This document shows positions 49,213-59,531 of a DNA stretch of 64,000 nt, piece after piece (the first letter of the stretch is position 1; every line of letters begins with the position of its first letter). Origin of the DNA: a bacterium. GTDB lineage: Bacteria > Electryoneota > Electryoneia > Electryoneales > Electryoneaceae. The position numbers and the translations under genes were made by a program. Location: positions 3,072,001 through 3,136,000 of the forward strand of contig OY769902.1 of the NCBI GenBank assembly GCA_963669175.1, in the 5' to 3' direction. A model generated the notes under the pieces. That model made no database searches and was not told the origin of the DNA. It saw nothing but the letters and a program-made list of their open reading frames with translations.

Positions 49213-49758
49213 ATGGCGACCGAAGTAAACGAAAAGGGGAGTACACGAGTTGTCAATACCGAATGGCTGCAGATGTCGGATGACAGCAAGCGCAGCAGAA
49301 AAGAAACTCACAGGATTCTTGAGAATACACCGTTTTTTACAGAATTGCCCAAGGCGGATTGGCGGCAGTTGGAAACCCTGTTTCATCATCGCCAGTTCGA
49401 AACCAATGAGACAATATTTTACGAAGGAACGCCCGGGCTTGGCATGTATGTCATTCTGGATGGGAAAGTTCGAATCCTGTCCAACAAGAACGGCCGGGAC
49501 GTGGAATATGCTTTGCTTGAGCAGGGCGACTTCTTCGGTGAACTTTCCCTGGTTGAAGAAGAACATCCACGCAGTGCAACGGCAGTAGCTGTCTCCCCGA
49601 CACGACTGATAGGATTTTTCAGGCCGCAACTGTTGTCCCTGTTGCATACTCGTCCCAAACTGGGTGTAGTGCTCATGGAGCGTCTTGCTCGCAGCATTGC
49701 CAAGAGATTGCGTGAATCCAATAAACTGTTGGAACAGCATGAGCGACTTGAAGACTGA
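49213..49758 (+). CDS. Cyclic-nucleotide-binding domain protein
   Basis: IFYEG.PG.GMYVI.DG.V, GDFFGELSL, PRSATA. Confidence 0.88.
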   Translation: MATEVNEKGSTRVVNTEWLQMSDDSKRSRKETHRILENTPFFTELPKADWRQLETLFHHRQFETNETIFYEGTPGLGMYVILDGKVRILSNKNGRDVEYALLEQGDFFGELSLVEEEHPRSATAVAVSPTRLIGFFRPQLLSLLHTRPKLGVVLMERLARSIAKRLRESNKLLEQHERLED

Positions 49759-50866
49759 TATGGCAACAGTGGCCCAGCAACCGGTGGTGCGTCCAATCTG
49801 GCGCAGGCTGATCGTTCTCCTGTTCAGTCTGCTCGCGGCCTATCTCTTTTTCAAGGCTTACAACCTGATTAGCGATATTGTTACCGCAGTAGTTATTTCC
49901 GTGGTGCTGACCTATGTCATCCGTCCCCTGATGCTCGCCCTTGAAAGGCAGTACATTCCACGAGTTGCTTCTATTCTTGGCATCTTCGCGATAATTACCG
50001 GTCTGTTGATCCTCCTGATCACCTTCATTGTCCCGATCCTGGTTGATGAAATACAGGGATTGGCGATGAATCTACAGCAGATCGATATCAGTACTCAGCT
50101 TTCCAAGTTGCGTGTGTGGCTGGATTCCAAATACTCGGGATTGTCCACCATCATCGGGATTGATCCTGAGCTGTGGAAACAGGAGGGGCCGACTGCTGAG
50201 CTCCTGAATCAGTTAAAGGGCTATATGAGCAATGTGCTGGAAACCTCGGGCAATATCCTTTCCGGCGCTTTTAATTTTGTTGCGCTTGCCATTGTGGTGC
50301 CATTCCTGACATTCTTCATGTTGCGTGACGGCGATTCCTTTGCCAAGAGGATTATTGAAAAAGTACCCAACCGTTACTTCGAAATGACCCTGTCGTTGAC
50401 CCATAAAGTGGACAACACCATGGGGGACTACCTCCGGGGAATCTTCATCGAATCGCTGATTGTCGGCGGCTTGTCCTGGATTTTCTTCCAGATCATGGGG
50501 TTAAAATTTGCCCTGGTGCTGGGCGTAGTCGCCGGGTTGCTGAACATGATTCAGTTTTTCGGGCCGATGCTGACGTATATCCCTGTACTACTCGTAACGG
50601 CGTTGACCTATCAACCAGTCTGGGCCGGGATTTTCTGGGCGATTGTGATCAACCTGTCAGTGCAGGCGCTTGATAATATTGTGCTGAAACCGGTTGTCAT
50701 TTCACGTTCGGTTAATGTGCATCCTGTTGCAGTATTGCTGACTGTGCTTGTCGGTGGCAAGCTGGCCGGTGCGCTGGGGATGTTCATTGCTGTGCCCGTA
50801 TATGCCATTGCACATACGGTTATTCTTGACCTGTATTCCCATTTGAAAGCGTACCGGGTTATATAA
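49739..50866 (+). CDS. AI-2E family transporter
   Basis: FFMLRDG, DNIVLKP, VHPV.VLL..L.GG...GALGM..AVP. Confidence 0.88.
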   Translation: MSDLKTDMATVAQQPVVRPIWRRLIVLLFSLLAAYLFFKAYNLISDIVTAVVISVVLTYVIRPLMLALERQYIPRVASILGIFAIITGLLILLITFIVPILVDEIQGLAMNLQQIDISTQLSKLRVWLDSKYSGLSTIIGIDPELWKQEGPTAELLNQLKGYMSNVLETSGNILSGAFNFVALAIVVPFLTFFMLRDGDSFAKRIIEKVPNRYFEMTLSLTHKVDNTMGDYLRGIFIESLIVGGLSWIFFQIMGLKFALVLGVVAGLLNMIQFFGPMLTYIPVLLVTALTYQPVWAGIFWAIVINLSVQALDNIVLKPVVISRSVNVHPVAVLLTVLVGGKLAGALGMFIAVPVYAIAHTVILDLYSHLKAYRVI

Positions 50867-50986
50867 AAGGATGGCTCCGTTCCTGTTGAATCCGGAACAG
50901 AGTCTCTGTATTGTTTTGGCCCAAAGGCAGTCCTTTCGCAACAAGCGAACATCCATTGTTTTTCAACGATACAGGATTTTCCAGTC

Positions 50987-53242
50987 ATGGCAGACATATC
51001 CGCGAACACACCCGGCGCTTATCCCGGTGATCCCGAAGTTACACGGGAACTGGCGCATGCCCATCAATTAAATGATGAAGAATATGATCGCATACTTGAG
51101 TTGCTTGGACGTACGCCTACGTATACCGAGCTTGGTATTTTCTCTGTCATGTGGTCAGAGCATGCCAGTTATAAGAACTCAATTCAACAGCTGAAGACAC
51201 TTCCACGCAGTGGTGGCAAGCTGCTTGTCGGCGCTGGCGAGGAAAACGCCGGACTGATCGATATCGGTGATAATCTTGCCGTAGCATTCAAAATCGAAAG
51301 CCATAACCATCCTTCGGCGGTTGAACCTTACCAGGGAGCCGCGACAGGTGTTGGCGGGATTCTGCGTGATGTGTTCACCATGGGCGCTCGTCCCATTGCC
51401 GCACTGAACAGTCTGCATTTCGGACCGCCGGAAGACAGCCGGGTACGATACCTGGTGGATGGTGTGGTTCGTGGAATTGCAGACTATGGCAACTGCTTCG
51501 GTGTCCCGACTGTGGCGGGAGAAGTCATCTTCGAGAAAGAGTACAAGGGCAATCCGCTGGTCAATGCCATGGCTGTTGGGTTGGTGGAACATGATAAGGT
51601 GATGAAAGCGAACGCGGATGGGCCCGGCAATCCTGTGATTTATGTTGGCTCACGGACCGGACGCGATGGCATCCACGGCGCCACCTTCGCCTCAGAAGAA
51701 TTGTCCGAGGAATCCGAAAGCCGTAAAAGTAATGTGCAGGTCGGTGATCCTTTCGCTGAGAAATTGTTACTGGAAGCCACGCTTGAGCTGGCCGATACAG
51801 GCGCTGTTGTCGGTATTCAGGATATGGGCGCTGCCGGGTTGACTTGCTCCTCTTCCGAGATGGCTGCCAAAACCGGCGTCGGAATCGATTTGAACCTGGA
51901 CCTGGTGCCTCGCCGTGAAGAGAAGATGACCCCTTACGAAACCATGCTGTCCGAATCTCAGGAACGGATGCTGCTGGTGGCGGAACGTGGGCGTGAAGAA
52001 GAAATCTATCAGGTTTTCCGCAAGTGGGATCTGGAAGCGGTTGAGGTTGGGCAGGTAACTGATAATGGCCGCTTGCGTGTATGGCAGGACGGTACAATGG
52101 TCGCCGATATGCCTGCACCGCCGTTGGCATTGGGTAGCGGCGCTCCGGTCTACGAGCGTGAAACCAGCAAACCGGCTTATCTCGACAAGATCACAGAACT
52201 CGGCGAGATGGCTGAACCAGAAGATTTCGCGCAAACAGCCCTGGATCTCCTGGCGCAGCCGAACATCACATCCAAGCGGTGGGTGTACCGCCAGTATGAC
52301 CACATGGTCCGTGGCAACAGCCGAGTTATTCCTGGTGGGGGAGATGCGGCCGTAGTGCGTGTTCCGGGAACGAAAAAAGCGCTTGGGATGAGCACAGACT
52401 GCAACCCGCGTTATGTGTATCTCGATCCACGCAAAGGCGCGTCAATCGCTGTTGCGGAAGCGGCACGAAATGTGGCCTGCACCGGGGCACGCCCGCTCGG
52501 TGTTACCAACTGCCTGAACTTCGGCAATCCCTATAAACCGGAGATGTACTGGCAGTTTGTCGAAGCAGTAGCCGGAATGGGTGAGGCTTGCCGTGTACTG
52601 GAAACACCTGTCACCGGTGGAAACGTGTCCTTCTACAATGAGAATCCGGCCGGTTCCATCTTCGCTACACCTACGATAGGTATTGTCGGCCTGGCAGAAG
52701 ATGCGACAAAGACAGTAGGCATGGCATTCCCGGAAGATCAGCAGGCGATCTACCTGATCGGCGCATCGGAGGTCTCCTGGGCCGGCAGCGAATGGCAGAT
52801 GATGCAGCATGGCAGCCCGCGCGGCAAATTGCCTGAGCTGGATCTTCAGCTTGAGAAGCGGTTGCAGGATCTGCTCATCAAGGGGATTGAAAAGGGCTAC
52901 ATCATGGCCGCGCATGATCTCGCCGAGGGTGGGCTTGTGACTGCCTTGTGCGAGATGGCGGTTGCGGATCGTCATAACCCACGCGGCGCTCTGCTGGAAA
53001 TCGAAGAGCCAACCGCGTTGAACCTGTTCGGTGAAGGTCCAAGCCGGGCGGTCGTGGTGGTCAATTGTGAGCTGCTGGAAGAGTTTGAAGCATTGGCAGA
53101 AGAACTTGATGTGCCGGCTGAATGGATTGGAACCACCGGAGGAATCGGAATCGGTTTCAAACAGGTGTTCCGTGTCATGCTGGAAGAAATTCTGGACGCC
53201 TATTACAACAGCCTGGAGAAGCATCTCGGCCTGAAGAAATGA
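50987..53242 (+). CDS. purL: Phosphoribosylformylglycinamidine synthase subunit PurL
   Basis: [45 protein letters not shown]. Confidence 0.97.
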   Translation: MADISANTPGAYPGDPEVTRELAHAHQLNDEEYDRILELLGRTPTYTELGIFSVMWSEHASYKNSIQQLKTLPRSGGKLLVGAGEENAGLIDIGDNLAVAFKIESHNHPSAVEPYQGAATGVGGILRDVFTMGARPIAALNSLHFGPPEDSRVRYLVDGVVRGIADYGNCFGVPTVAGEVIFEKEYKGNPLVNAMAVGLVEHDKVMKANADGPGNPVIYVGSRTGRDGIHGATFASEELSEESESRKSNVQVGDPFAEKLLLEATLELADTGAVVGIQDMGAAGLTCSSSEMAAKTGVGIDLNLDLVPRREEKMTPYETMLSESQERMLLVAERGREEEIYQVFRKWDLEAVEVGQVTDNGRLRVWQDGTMVADMPAPPLALGSGAPVYERETSKPAYLDKITELGEMAEPEDFAQTALDLLAQPNITSKRWVYRQYDHMVRGNSRVIPGGGDAAVVRVPGTKKALGMSTDCNPRYVYLDPRKGASIAVAEAARNVACTGARPLGVTNCLNFGNPYKPEMYWQFVEAVAGMGEACRVLETPVTGGNVSFYNENPAGSIFATPTIGIVGLAEDATKTVGMAFPEDQQAIYLIGASEVSWAGSEWQMMQHGSPRGKLPELDLQLEKRLQDLLIKGIEKGYIMAAHDLAEGGLVTALCEMAVADRHNPRGALLEIEEPTALNLFGEGPSRAVVVVNCELLEEFEALAEELDVPAEWIGTTGGIGIGFKQVFRVMLEEILDAYYNSLEKHLGLKK

Positions 53243-53271
53243 CGTAGCCGGATTTTTGCGCGACACTTTCG

Positions 53272-53304
53272 ACATCCCCGTTCCATTTAGCGGAATGGGG
53301 ATGT
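53272..53304. terminator. Hairpin downstream of purL
   Basis: ACATCCCCGTTCC / GGAATGGGGATGT. Confidence 0.5.
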
Positions 53305-53387
53305 ATATTTTGAAGGATGCAAATAGCAGCAAGCCATATTTGAAGACAAAGAGGTGTATATTAGTAGTTAATGCTACTAATAAACTC

Positions 53388-53416
53388 TTGACGTGGCCAA
53401 AAAACTGTCGTAGTAT
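53388..53416 (+). promoter_or_regulatory. Sigma70-like promoter TTGACG-N17-TAGTAT
   Basis: Near consensus, upstream of the FG-GAP gene. Confidence 0.55.
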
Positions 53417-53493
53417 ATAATACGAGCCGGAATAACCCGCCTTGTACGCTTCCTTGTCGGACACCAGGGCGCTTGAGGTAGGAGACTATTCTT

Positions 53494-55560
53494 ATGAACC
53501 GTATACTGCCCTACGGTCTTTTCGCATTTCTCTGTCTGTTCCGGGTTTCCACAGCACTTGCCGATTTCCCATTCCATCAACACAGTGTCACGACCACCTT
53601 TAACACGGCCGCCGCCGCTCGTATTGGCGATCTGGATGGCGATGGCGATATGGATCTTGCTGCCACGGGGTGGGAAGCATCTGACGTGGCCTGGTTCGAA
53701 AATGACGGTGATCAGAATTTTACTGAACACACCATCGAAGAAGGATTCAGCGGTAGAGATGTGATTCTTCGTGATATCGATGGCGATGGCGATCTGGATG
53801 TATTCGCCTGTGATTCTGATGTCAACGAAGTCAAATGGTGGGAAAATGATGGGACGGGCTCATTTACCGGGTATATGATAACATCTGAACTGGCTTCCGC
53901 GCATACGATGGAAGTGGGTGACATTGATGGGGATGGTAACCTGGACCCGATCTGCGCGTCATGGTTGGGCGGACTTGTCTGGTTTGAGAATGATGGCGAA
54001 GAGAACTTCACTCAGCAGGTTATTGATGATGAAGGTACAGGCGGAACATGTGTACATGCGATTGACTGGGATGGAGACGAGGATACTGATCTTGTTGTAT
54101 CATGGTATGAAGATGCCATGATAGCGCTGTACCTGAATGATGGGTCCGGTAGTTTTACCCGTATCGATGTTGGTGGCCGTAATGGCATGCACTGGATTCA
54201 TGCTAATGATATTGACAGTGACGGCGACATGGACATCGCATCAGCCGCATATGCCGCTTCCCTGATCGGTTGGTGGGAAAATGATGGCAACAACGTATTT
54301 GAACATCATTCCCTTTACAATTTCAGGGGTGCAAGCTGGGTAACCACGGGCGACATTGATAATGATGGCGACATTGACATTTTCGGATCTGCCGAAATTG
54401 CGGATGAGATTGGCTGGTGGGAGAATGACGGCGAAGCTGAGCCCACCTTTGAGCGTCATATCATAGCTGAGAATTTCCAGAGAGTGATGGGGGAGGATCT
54501 TGGCGACATCGATGGTGATGGCGATATCGATTTTGTCGCTGCTGCGGTTGACGGAGATGATGTTGCCTGGTGGGAGAGCCTGCTGCTTGATACTCATTTT
54601 TCACAGGGGGCGGTTGCGCCGATTTTCATGCGTCCCGAATCAGGATCGTTTGTTATTAATGCAGAAATTATCAATCCACATGAAAATGCTTTGCTGGTTT
54701 CCTGCTATATCAACAACGAGGATAGTACCTACGTAAACAATTTGAGCTTGTATGATGACGGCCAGCATAGCGATCTTGAAGAAGGCGACAATATCTGGGG
54801 GAATGAGTTGGCAGCGCCTGCAATGGAAGATTTCTTCTCTATGGATATAAACATTATGGACACAGATGCCCTGTACGGGGATTTTGTGGCCGATTTTGCT
54901 CATTGCACCACGGTCGGTCCTTTGACCTTTGACCAACTGGAAGTACGCAGCGATCCACTTCCCGGTCCCGGCGAACGTATCACTTTCCAGGTATCCCTGC
55001 ATAACGAGTCTGCTTCTGCCATTGCGCCGGAAATTCGAGCCGAGATGGTTACAGAAGATCCCCTGATTACGGTTCAGAGCGGAGTGAATGTCGGGTACAA
55101 TGATGTTGGTCCCGATTCAATCTATATGCCGACGTCCAACCGCAGGGTGCTGGTAGATGAAAACCATCTCGCTGAGACGGAAGTGCCATTCACGCTTAAG
55201 ATCACTTCGAACGGAGTCCAGTACTGGACGGATTCATTCATGCTGCCGATTGGCGTCAATGCAGTCGATGACAGGGATGATGTTGCGTTGATAAAGGGAT
55301 TCAGGATGGCGGAACCCTATCCAAACCCGTTTAACTCGACTTCCCTGGTGTCAATTGAGCTGCCCGCCACATGCGAGCTTGAATTGCGTCTGTACAATCT
55401 GCTTGGCGAGGAAGTACAGGTTATCGAAAAAGGGATTTTTGCACCCGGAACACACCAGTTTGCGATCCATGCCAACAACCTGGCCAGTGGTATCTACCTG
55501 GTGCAGGCGAAATCCTCCGAATTCGGTTCACTGCAACGCAGGATTGTGCTGGTCAGATAG
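53494..55560 (+). CDS. Secreted FG-GAP/VCBS propeller protein with C-terminal T9SS-like Ig sorting domain
   Basis: Seven DxDGDGDxD / WxENDG-type repeats, LYDDG motif, PYPNPFN...LYNLLG...LASGIY. Confidence 0.85.
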   Translation: MNRILPYGLFAFLCLFRVSTALADFPFHQHSVTTTFNTAAAARIGDLDGDGDMDLAATGWEASDVAWFENDGDQNFTEHTIEEGFSGRDVILRDIDGDGDLDVFACDSDVNEVKWWENDGTGSFTGYMITSELASAHTMEVGDIDGDGNLDPICASWLGGLVWFENDGEENFTQQVIDDEGTGGTCVHAIDWDGDEDTDLVVSWYEDAMIALYLNDGSGSFTRIDVGGRNGMHWIHANDIDSDGDMDIASAAYAASLIGWWENDGNNVFEHHSLYNFRGASWVTTGDIDNDGDIDIFGSAEIADEIGWWENDGEAEPTFERHIIAENFQRVMGEDLGDIDGDGDIDFVAAAVDGDDVAWWESLLLDTHFSQGAVAPIFMRPESGSFVINAEIINPHENALLVSCYINNEDSTYVNNLSLYDDGQHSDLEEGDNIWGNELAAPAMEDFFSMDINIMDTDALYGDFVADFAHCTTVGPLTFDQLEVRSDPLPGPGERITFQVSLHNESASAIAPEIRAEMVTEDPLITVQSGVNVGYNDVGPDSIYMPTSNRRVLVDENHLAETEVPFTLKITSNGVQYWTDSFMLPIGVNAVDDRDDVALIKGFRMAEPYPNPFNSTSLVSIELPATCELELRLYNLLGEEVQVIEKGIFAPGTHQFAIHANNLASGIYLVQAKSSEFGSLQRRIVLVR

Positions 55561-55585
55561 AGTTTGTCCAAGTAGACACTATTAC

Positions 55586-55617
55586 AATCCCCTGTCTTTA
55601 CCGATGGGGGATTTTTT
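55586..55617 (+). terminator. Terminator
   Basis: AATCCCC...GGGGATT plus T run. Confidence 0.6.
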
Positions 55618-55705
55618 CGGAACAACATCTGTGAATCTGGAGTTTGATCTTTATAAATCAGGATATTTGGAAAGATAACCTGTTTTGTCACGTCTGGGAG
55701 GGAGG

Positions 55706-56095
55706 ATGGGAAACGGATTACGTCTTACCTTGTTCTGGTCGCCACGGATTCTCACGATCCTGTTCATCCTTTTCCTGGGATTGTTTGCGCTGGATGTTTT
55801 CGATGGCGAGCATTCGTTCTGGGAAACCATCCTGGGATTTCTGATTCACCTGATCCCCAACTTTGTCCTGGTGATTTTTCTTTTGATTGCGTGGCGCTGG
55901 GAATGGGTTGGGGGTGTTGTATACCTCGCTGCAGGCATCTTCTATCTTGTCGTTGCATGGGGCAAATTCCATATCTCTGTTTATTTTTTCATCTCAGGTC
56001 CGTTATTTCTGGTGGCGGCTTTGTTTCTGGTCGGCTGGTTTTTCCGGGACAGGATACGAACGAAACCGAATGTGGCAATAAAGGGGAACATGTGA
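55706..56095 (+). CDS. Small 4-TM membrane protein
   Basis: W.PRIL.ILF..FL.LFALDVF, GFLIHLIP; GGAGG upstream. Confidence 0.75.
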   Translation: MGNGLRLTLFWSPRILTILFILFLGLFALDVFDGEHSFWETILGFLIHLIPNFVLVIFLLIAWRWEWVGGVVYLAAGIFYLVVAWGKFHISVYFFISGPLFLVAALFLVGWFFRDRIRTKPNVAIKGNM

Positions 56096-56254
56096 GCAGA
56101 CAGCAAGCAGCCGGGGCAAATGCCCAGCATCAGTAAACACAGATGAGTAAATCCTTCTAGCCCGAATATTTCATGAACGGAACATGGATATTCATCTTAA
56201 CACAGTTAATATCAACACAATACAACTGATTCATACAGCATTTTTCAGGGGACA

Positions 56255-56596
56255 GTTTGCTCCGGTATCCCTTTGCGTGCCTATTCCCTGTTTCGCTGGC
56301 AAAATAGGCTGAGAATCGGCAACCGCCCCGGCAGGGGCAACCTGTATTAGCCCCGGGCAGCCGCCGTCAGTTTGGCGGCTACCCGGGGAGATAATGCGCA
56401 CAATATATTTACTCCGGAAGGAGTAACCTGATAATTATCAAAAGTATACAGTGGTGATATTTAGGTAACCCGCTGCCGGGGTTGGCAAGTAGCGTACATC
56501 CTATTCCCACCGTGAGCGCCAAACAGACGGCGCTGGACGGTGGGCTAATACAGAGAACCACTGCCGTGGTTCTTGTACTGGCCATTCCATCAAATA
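56255..56596. repeat. Six-hairpin REP-like dispersed repeat, copy 2 (intact)
   Basis: Homologous to the outer element at 28493-29240; between convergent genes. Confidence 0.85.
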
Positions 56597-56630
56597 CCAA
56601 ATTTGAAATTGCATTGGTGAAATATTCGGG

Positions 56631-59429
56631 CTAGAAATCAAACCCAATTCCGACTTGCCAGCGTCGTCCAGCCTGCCAGAAACGTGGATCATTATAATAC
56701 CCATCCACATCAAAGTCAGGGCTGCCGTCACCATCGCTATCGTTCGTGGAATAATACACCGGATCAGCATTTTCCTGAAAATACAACTGGTCAATATTGC
56801 GCTGATCGAATAGGTTGAACGCCTGAACATAAGCATATACCGCATTTCTGTTGGCAAATGTGAAGCGTTTCATCAGGCGTGCATCGACAGTCGTTGTGGA
56901 TTCGAGACGATCCGGGGGGCGAACAAGTGTGTTGTTGAAATACGAAGTCGCATATGGTATTCCGCTACCGTAGCGCACAACTGTAGAAAGGCTTAATTCT
57001 TCGATCGCACGGTTGAAACATTTCCATGGCGTCAGGTCAGCCTCGCGTGGGATAGTCAGCAGCAGGGTGCCCGTTAGCGTTGTCGCTTGATCCCAATCTG
57101 CACTGACCTCGCTGAGGTCGTAATGATCTTCCCAGTATTCGCCCCGCAAATACAAATCGTAATCGTAATTCATCTGGACACGCATGGGTGTATAGCGGAT
57201 CTCGCCCTGAACAAAGGAATTGGCATCATAACAGAGAGTGATTTCCATACCACGTATGTCGTATTCCGGCATGTAGAAAGTATATCCGATATAACCAGTC
57301 TGGTAAGAAAATCGCTGTGCCGGATCAACCCATTTCAAGAATCCGGTGATTCCGGTATATCCGAAGGAGGGTATTTGTTGACGAATCTCCAGTACGAGTT
57401 CCGAGGTGCGGTCGGGATCGGTATCATCAATACTGGATGGATAGAAATACCAATTATCCGGGATCTGTGAAATCATGCTGCCAGTTAGTGATACCTGTGT
57501 AACCGTAAACGGTTGCCAGGTTATTGACAGCATCGGGCTGGCCATAAACTGTGATTTGGGATCATCCTGTTCCATAGCGAACTCATAGTCTTTAATCTCA
57601 TCCGGTTCAAACAGGTCCGCACGTACCCCGCCAGTCAATACCAGTTGCCAAATATCAGTTCGCCCTTTAATCCATGCGCCATACCGGGTTGGAGTGAACT
57701 TGGTATGTGTTTGGCCCATCCCGCCGCCCATTCTGGCAATTGTATGATCAATAATCTCGTAGAAGTCAGCATCGAGACCGACTTGAATGGTCGTATTCGG
57801 TTTCATCCTATAATCGAGATGCCCTTTAAGGGAGGTTGTCTCAGTGATCTGCACGCCCCACAGGTTGTAGTCATACACCCAGCCATCTCCGTAGGTAAAG
57901 TCGCCATTATCATTGCGTTCATGGTCGTAATACACATCTTCCCAGGCCATCCATTCGCTTTCCGGTCCATGTTCAGAAGCGTCGATGTACCCGTTGTTAT
58001 TGTTATCTGTGAACAGGTCGGTAGAGGAGCCGTAAACCGCCCAATCCCAGACACCGTTTCCATTACGGTCTTCATAATCCCATGCGCCGTTCCGGTTGAA
58101 ATCAAAATAATAGAACTGCGGATCAGCGGAGCTGGGCCACGCAGCCAGGTATTCTGCATTCTCCGAAAGGAAATCTTCAGGAATATCGCTGATGGCGCTG
58201 TAACGAGGTTCGAGGTCGAAAATGCCGTCCTGGTTACTGTCCTCATTGGTGTCTTCACGGATGTTATATTTCGTTTCCGAGCGTGTCCTTGCTACCTGCA
58301 AATGATAAGACAAGTCAGGGGAGAGGTGGTGATCCAGTTGTGCATTCCAGTACCAGGCGTGAGTTTCCCAGGTCGGCAGATGATCCAGCATACGTTCCAT
58401 TCGGATCAACGAACCATCCCCATAGACATCAACAGGCGCATCATGTTCCCACTGGTTGTCGAAATGAGAAAAATACGAGTTGGAGGAGCCACCGCTGATA
58501 TTCAGTCGCACGTCACGCAAAGGTGTCAGGATCAGTTTTCCGAATGCGCTGGTGTTGGTTGAATCGTCATTGTCGAATCGTCCGCGAGTCAGGTAGTTCT
58601 GCCCGGCTACGTAAAACGTCCCGAATTTCTCCAGCTTTGGGATGGGGCCGCCGAAACTCAGTTCACCATCCTGCAAACGGTCACGTTCATCCAGGATACT
58701 GTTCCCTTCGCCAAGCGTGCTACTGCGGTATTCCACATTTCCATGATATTCGCCTGTGCAGGATTGGGTAATGAGCTGCCTGAATCCACTGGGGACGTAT
58801 GGATATTCAATATCTGGTATTGGTTGGCTTGTTACTTGGGCATACGCGGATTGTGGCAGGTTGATACGATTTCTGCTACTGATCCAGTCGCCCAATGCAA
58901 CACCATCGATGAAGAAACCGGAAGCGTTGATTTTTCCGCCACGGATGTGACCGTATACGGTCCCTGGGGCCAGTGGCAGGATATCTCGATAATCTTCATG
59001 TGGGAGATAACGGATCTGATCATCAAGCCTGATGAACTCACCCTGAAGGGGAGGAGCTGTTGTGAAGACCTGGCTGGAACGTGTCAGGATGATAGTTTCC
59101 TGATCGGAGTCCGCGCTAAGCATGAATTCCAGCGCCTGTGTTTTTCCGGCGAATAGCTGGATGTTGTAATACGTTGTTGTTCCGTAACCGTCAGCCTCAA
59201 TGCTGAGAGTATAAACACCTGGGGAAAGCTGTTGAAACGAAAATGATCCCGCTTCATCAGTCGCCTGAGTGTTGCCAGTATTCAGAAGATTAACTGTCGC
59301 TTGCACAATCGGGTTTTGAGATTGAAGGTCAGTCACAATTCCAGTCAGCTTACCATTAACCGTTGCATATCCGGAAGATGCGATTAGAAGTGTCAACAGT
59401 ATTCCCGACAGCCAGCGCATGCAATTCAT
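56631..59429 (-). CDS. TonB-dependent receptor with N-terminal carboxypeptidase-regulatory-like domain
   Basis: GKLTG.VTD, TDEAG.F, HIRGG, FNLFD, C-terminal GRRWQVGIGFDF. Confidence 0.85.
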   Translation of the reverse strand: MNCMRWLSGILLTLLIASSGYATVNGKLTGIVTDLQSQNPIVQATVNLLNTGNTQATDEAGSFSFQQLSPGVYTLSIEADGYGTTTYYNIQLFAGKTQALEFMLSADSDQETIILTRSSQVFTTAPPLQGEFIRLDDQIRYLPHEDYRDILPLAPGTVYGHIRGGKINASGFFIDGVALGDWISSRNRINLPQSAYAQVTSQPIPDIEYPYVPSGFRQLITQSCTGEYHGNVEYRSSTLGEGNSILDERDRLQDGELSFGGPIPKLEKFGTFYVAGQNYLTRGRFDNDDSTNTSAFGKLILTPLRDVRLNISGGSSNSYFSHFDNQWEHDAPVDVYGDGSLIRMERMLDHLPTWETHAWYWNAQLDHHLSPDLSYHLQVARTRSETKYNIREDTNEDSNQDGIFDLEPRYSAISDIPEDFLSENAEYLAAWPSSADPQFYYFDFNRNGAWDYEDRNGNGVWDWAVYGSSTDLFTDNNNNGYIDASEHGPESEWMAWEDVYYDHERNDNGDFTYGDGWVYDYNLWGVQITETTSLKGHLDYRMKPNTTIQVGLDADFYEIIDHTIARMGGGMGQTHTKFTPTRYGAWIKGRTDIWQLVLTGGVRADLFEPDEIKDYEFAMEQDDPKSQFMASPMLSITWQPFTVTQVSLTGSMISQIPDNWYFYPSSIDDTDPDRTSELVLEIRQQIPSFGYTGITGFLKWVDPAQRFSYQTGYIGYTFYMPEYDIRGMEITLCYDANSFVQGEIRYTPMRVQMNYDYDLYLRGEYWEDHYDLSEVSADWDQATTLTGTLLLTIPREADLTPWKCFNRAIEELSLSTVVRYGSGIPYATSYFNNTLVRPPDRLESTTTVDARLMKRFTFANRNAVYAYVQAFNLFDQRNIDQLYFQENADPVYYSTNDSDGDGSPDFDVDGYYNDPRFWQAGRRWQVGIGFDF

Positions 59430-59531
59430 AACATCTCTCCCAAAAAAACTGAGCATACCTGTTCTCCAGATATGCTCAGTATGATGTATCTACAATCGGA
59501 TCACGTAGTGTATCCTCAAGTTACATATCTA

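Noticed and set aside
55756-55770. ATCCTGTTCATCCT resembling an AGGAT right arm
   Set aside because: Inside a membrane-protein CDS encoding ILFIL; only two cores
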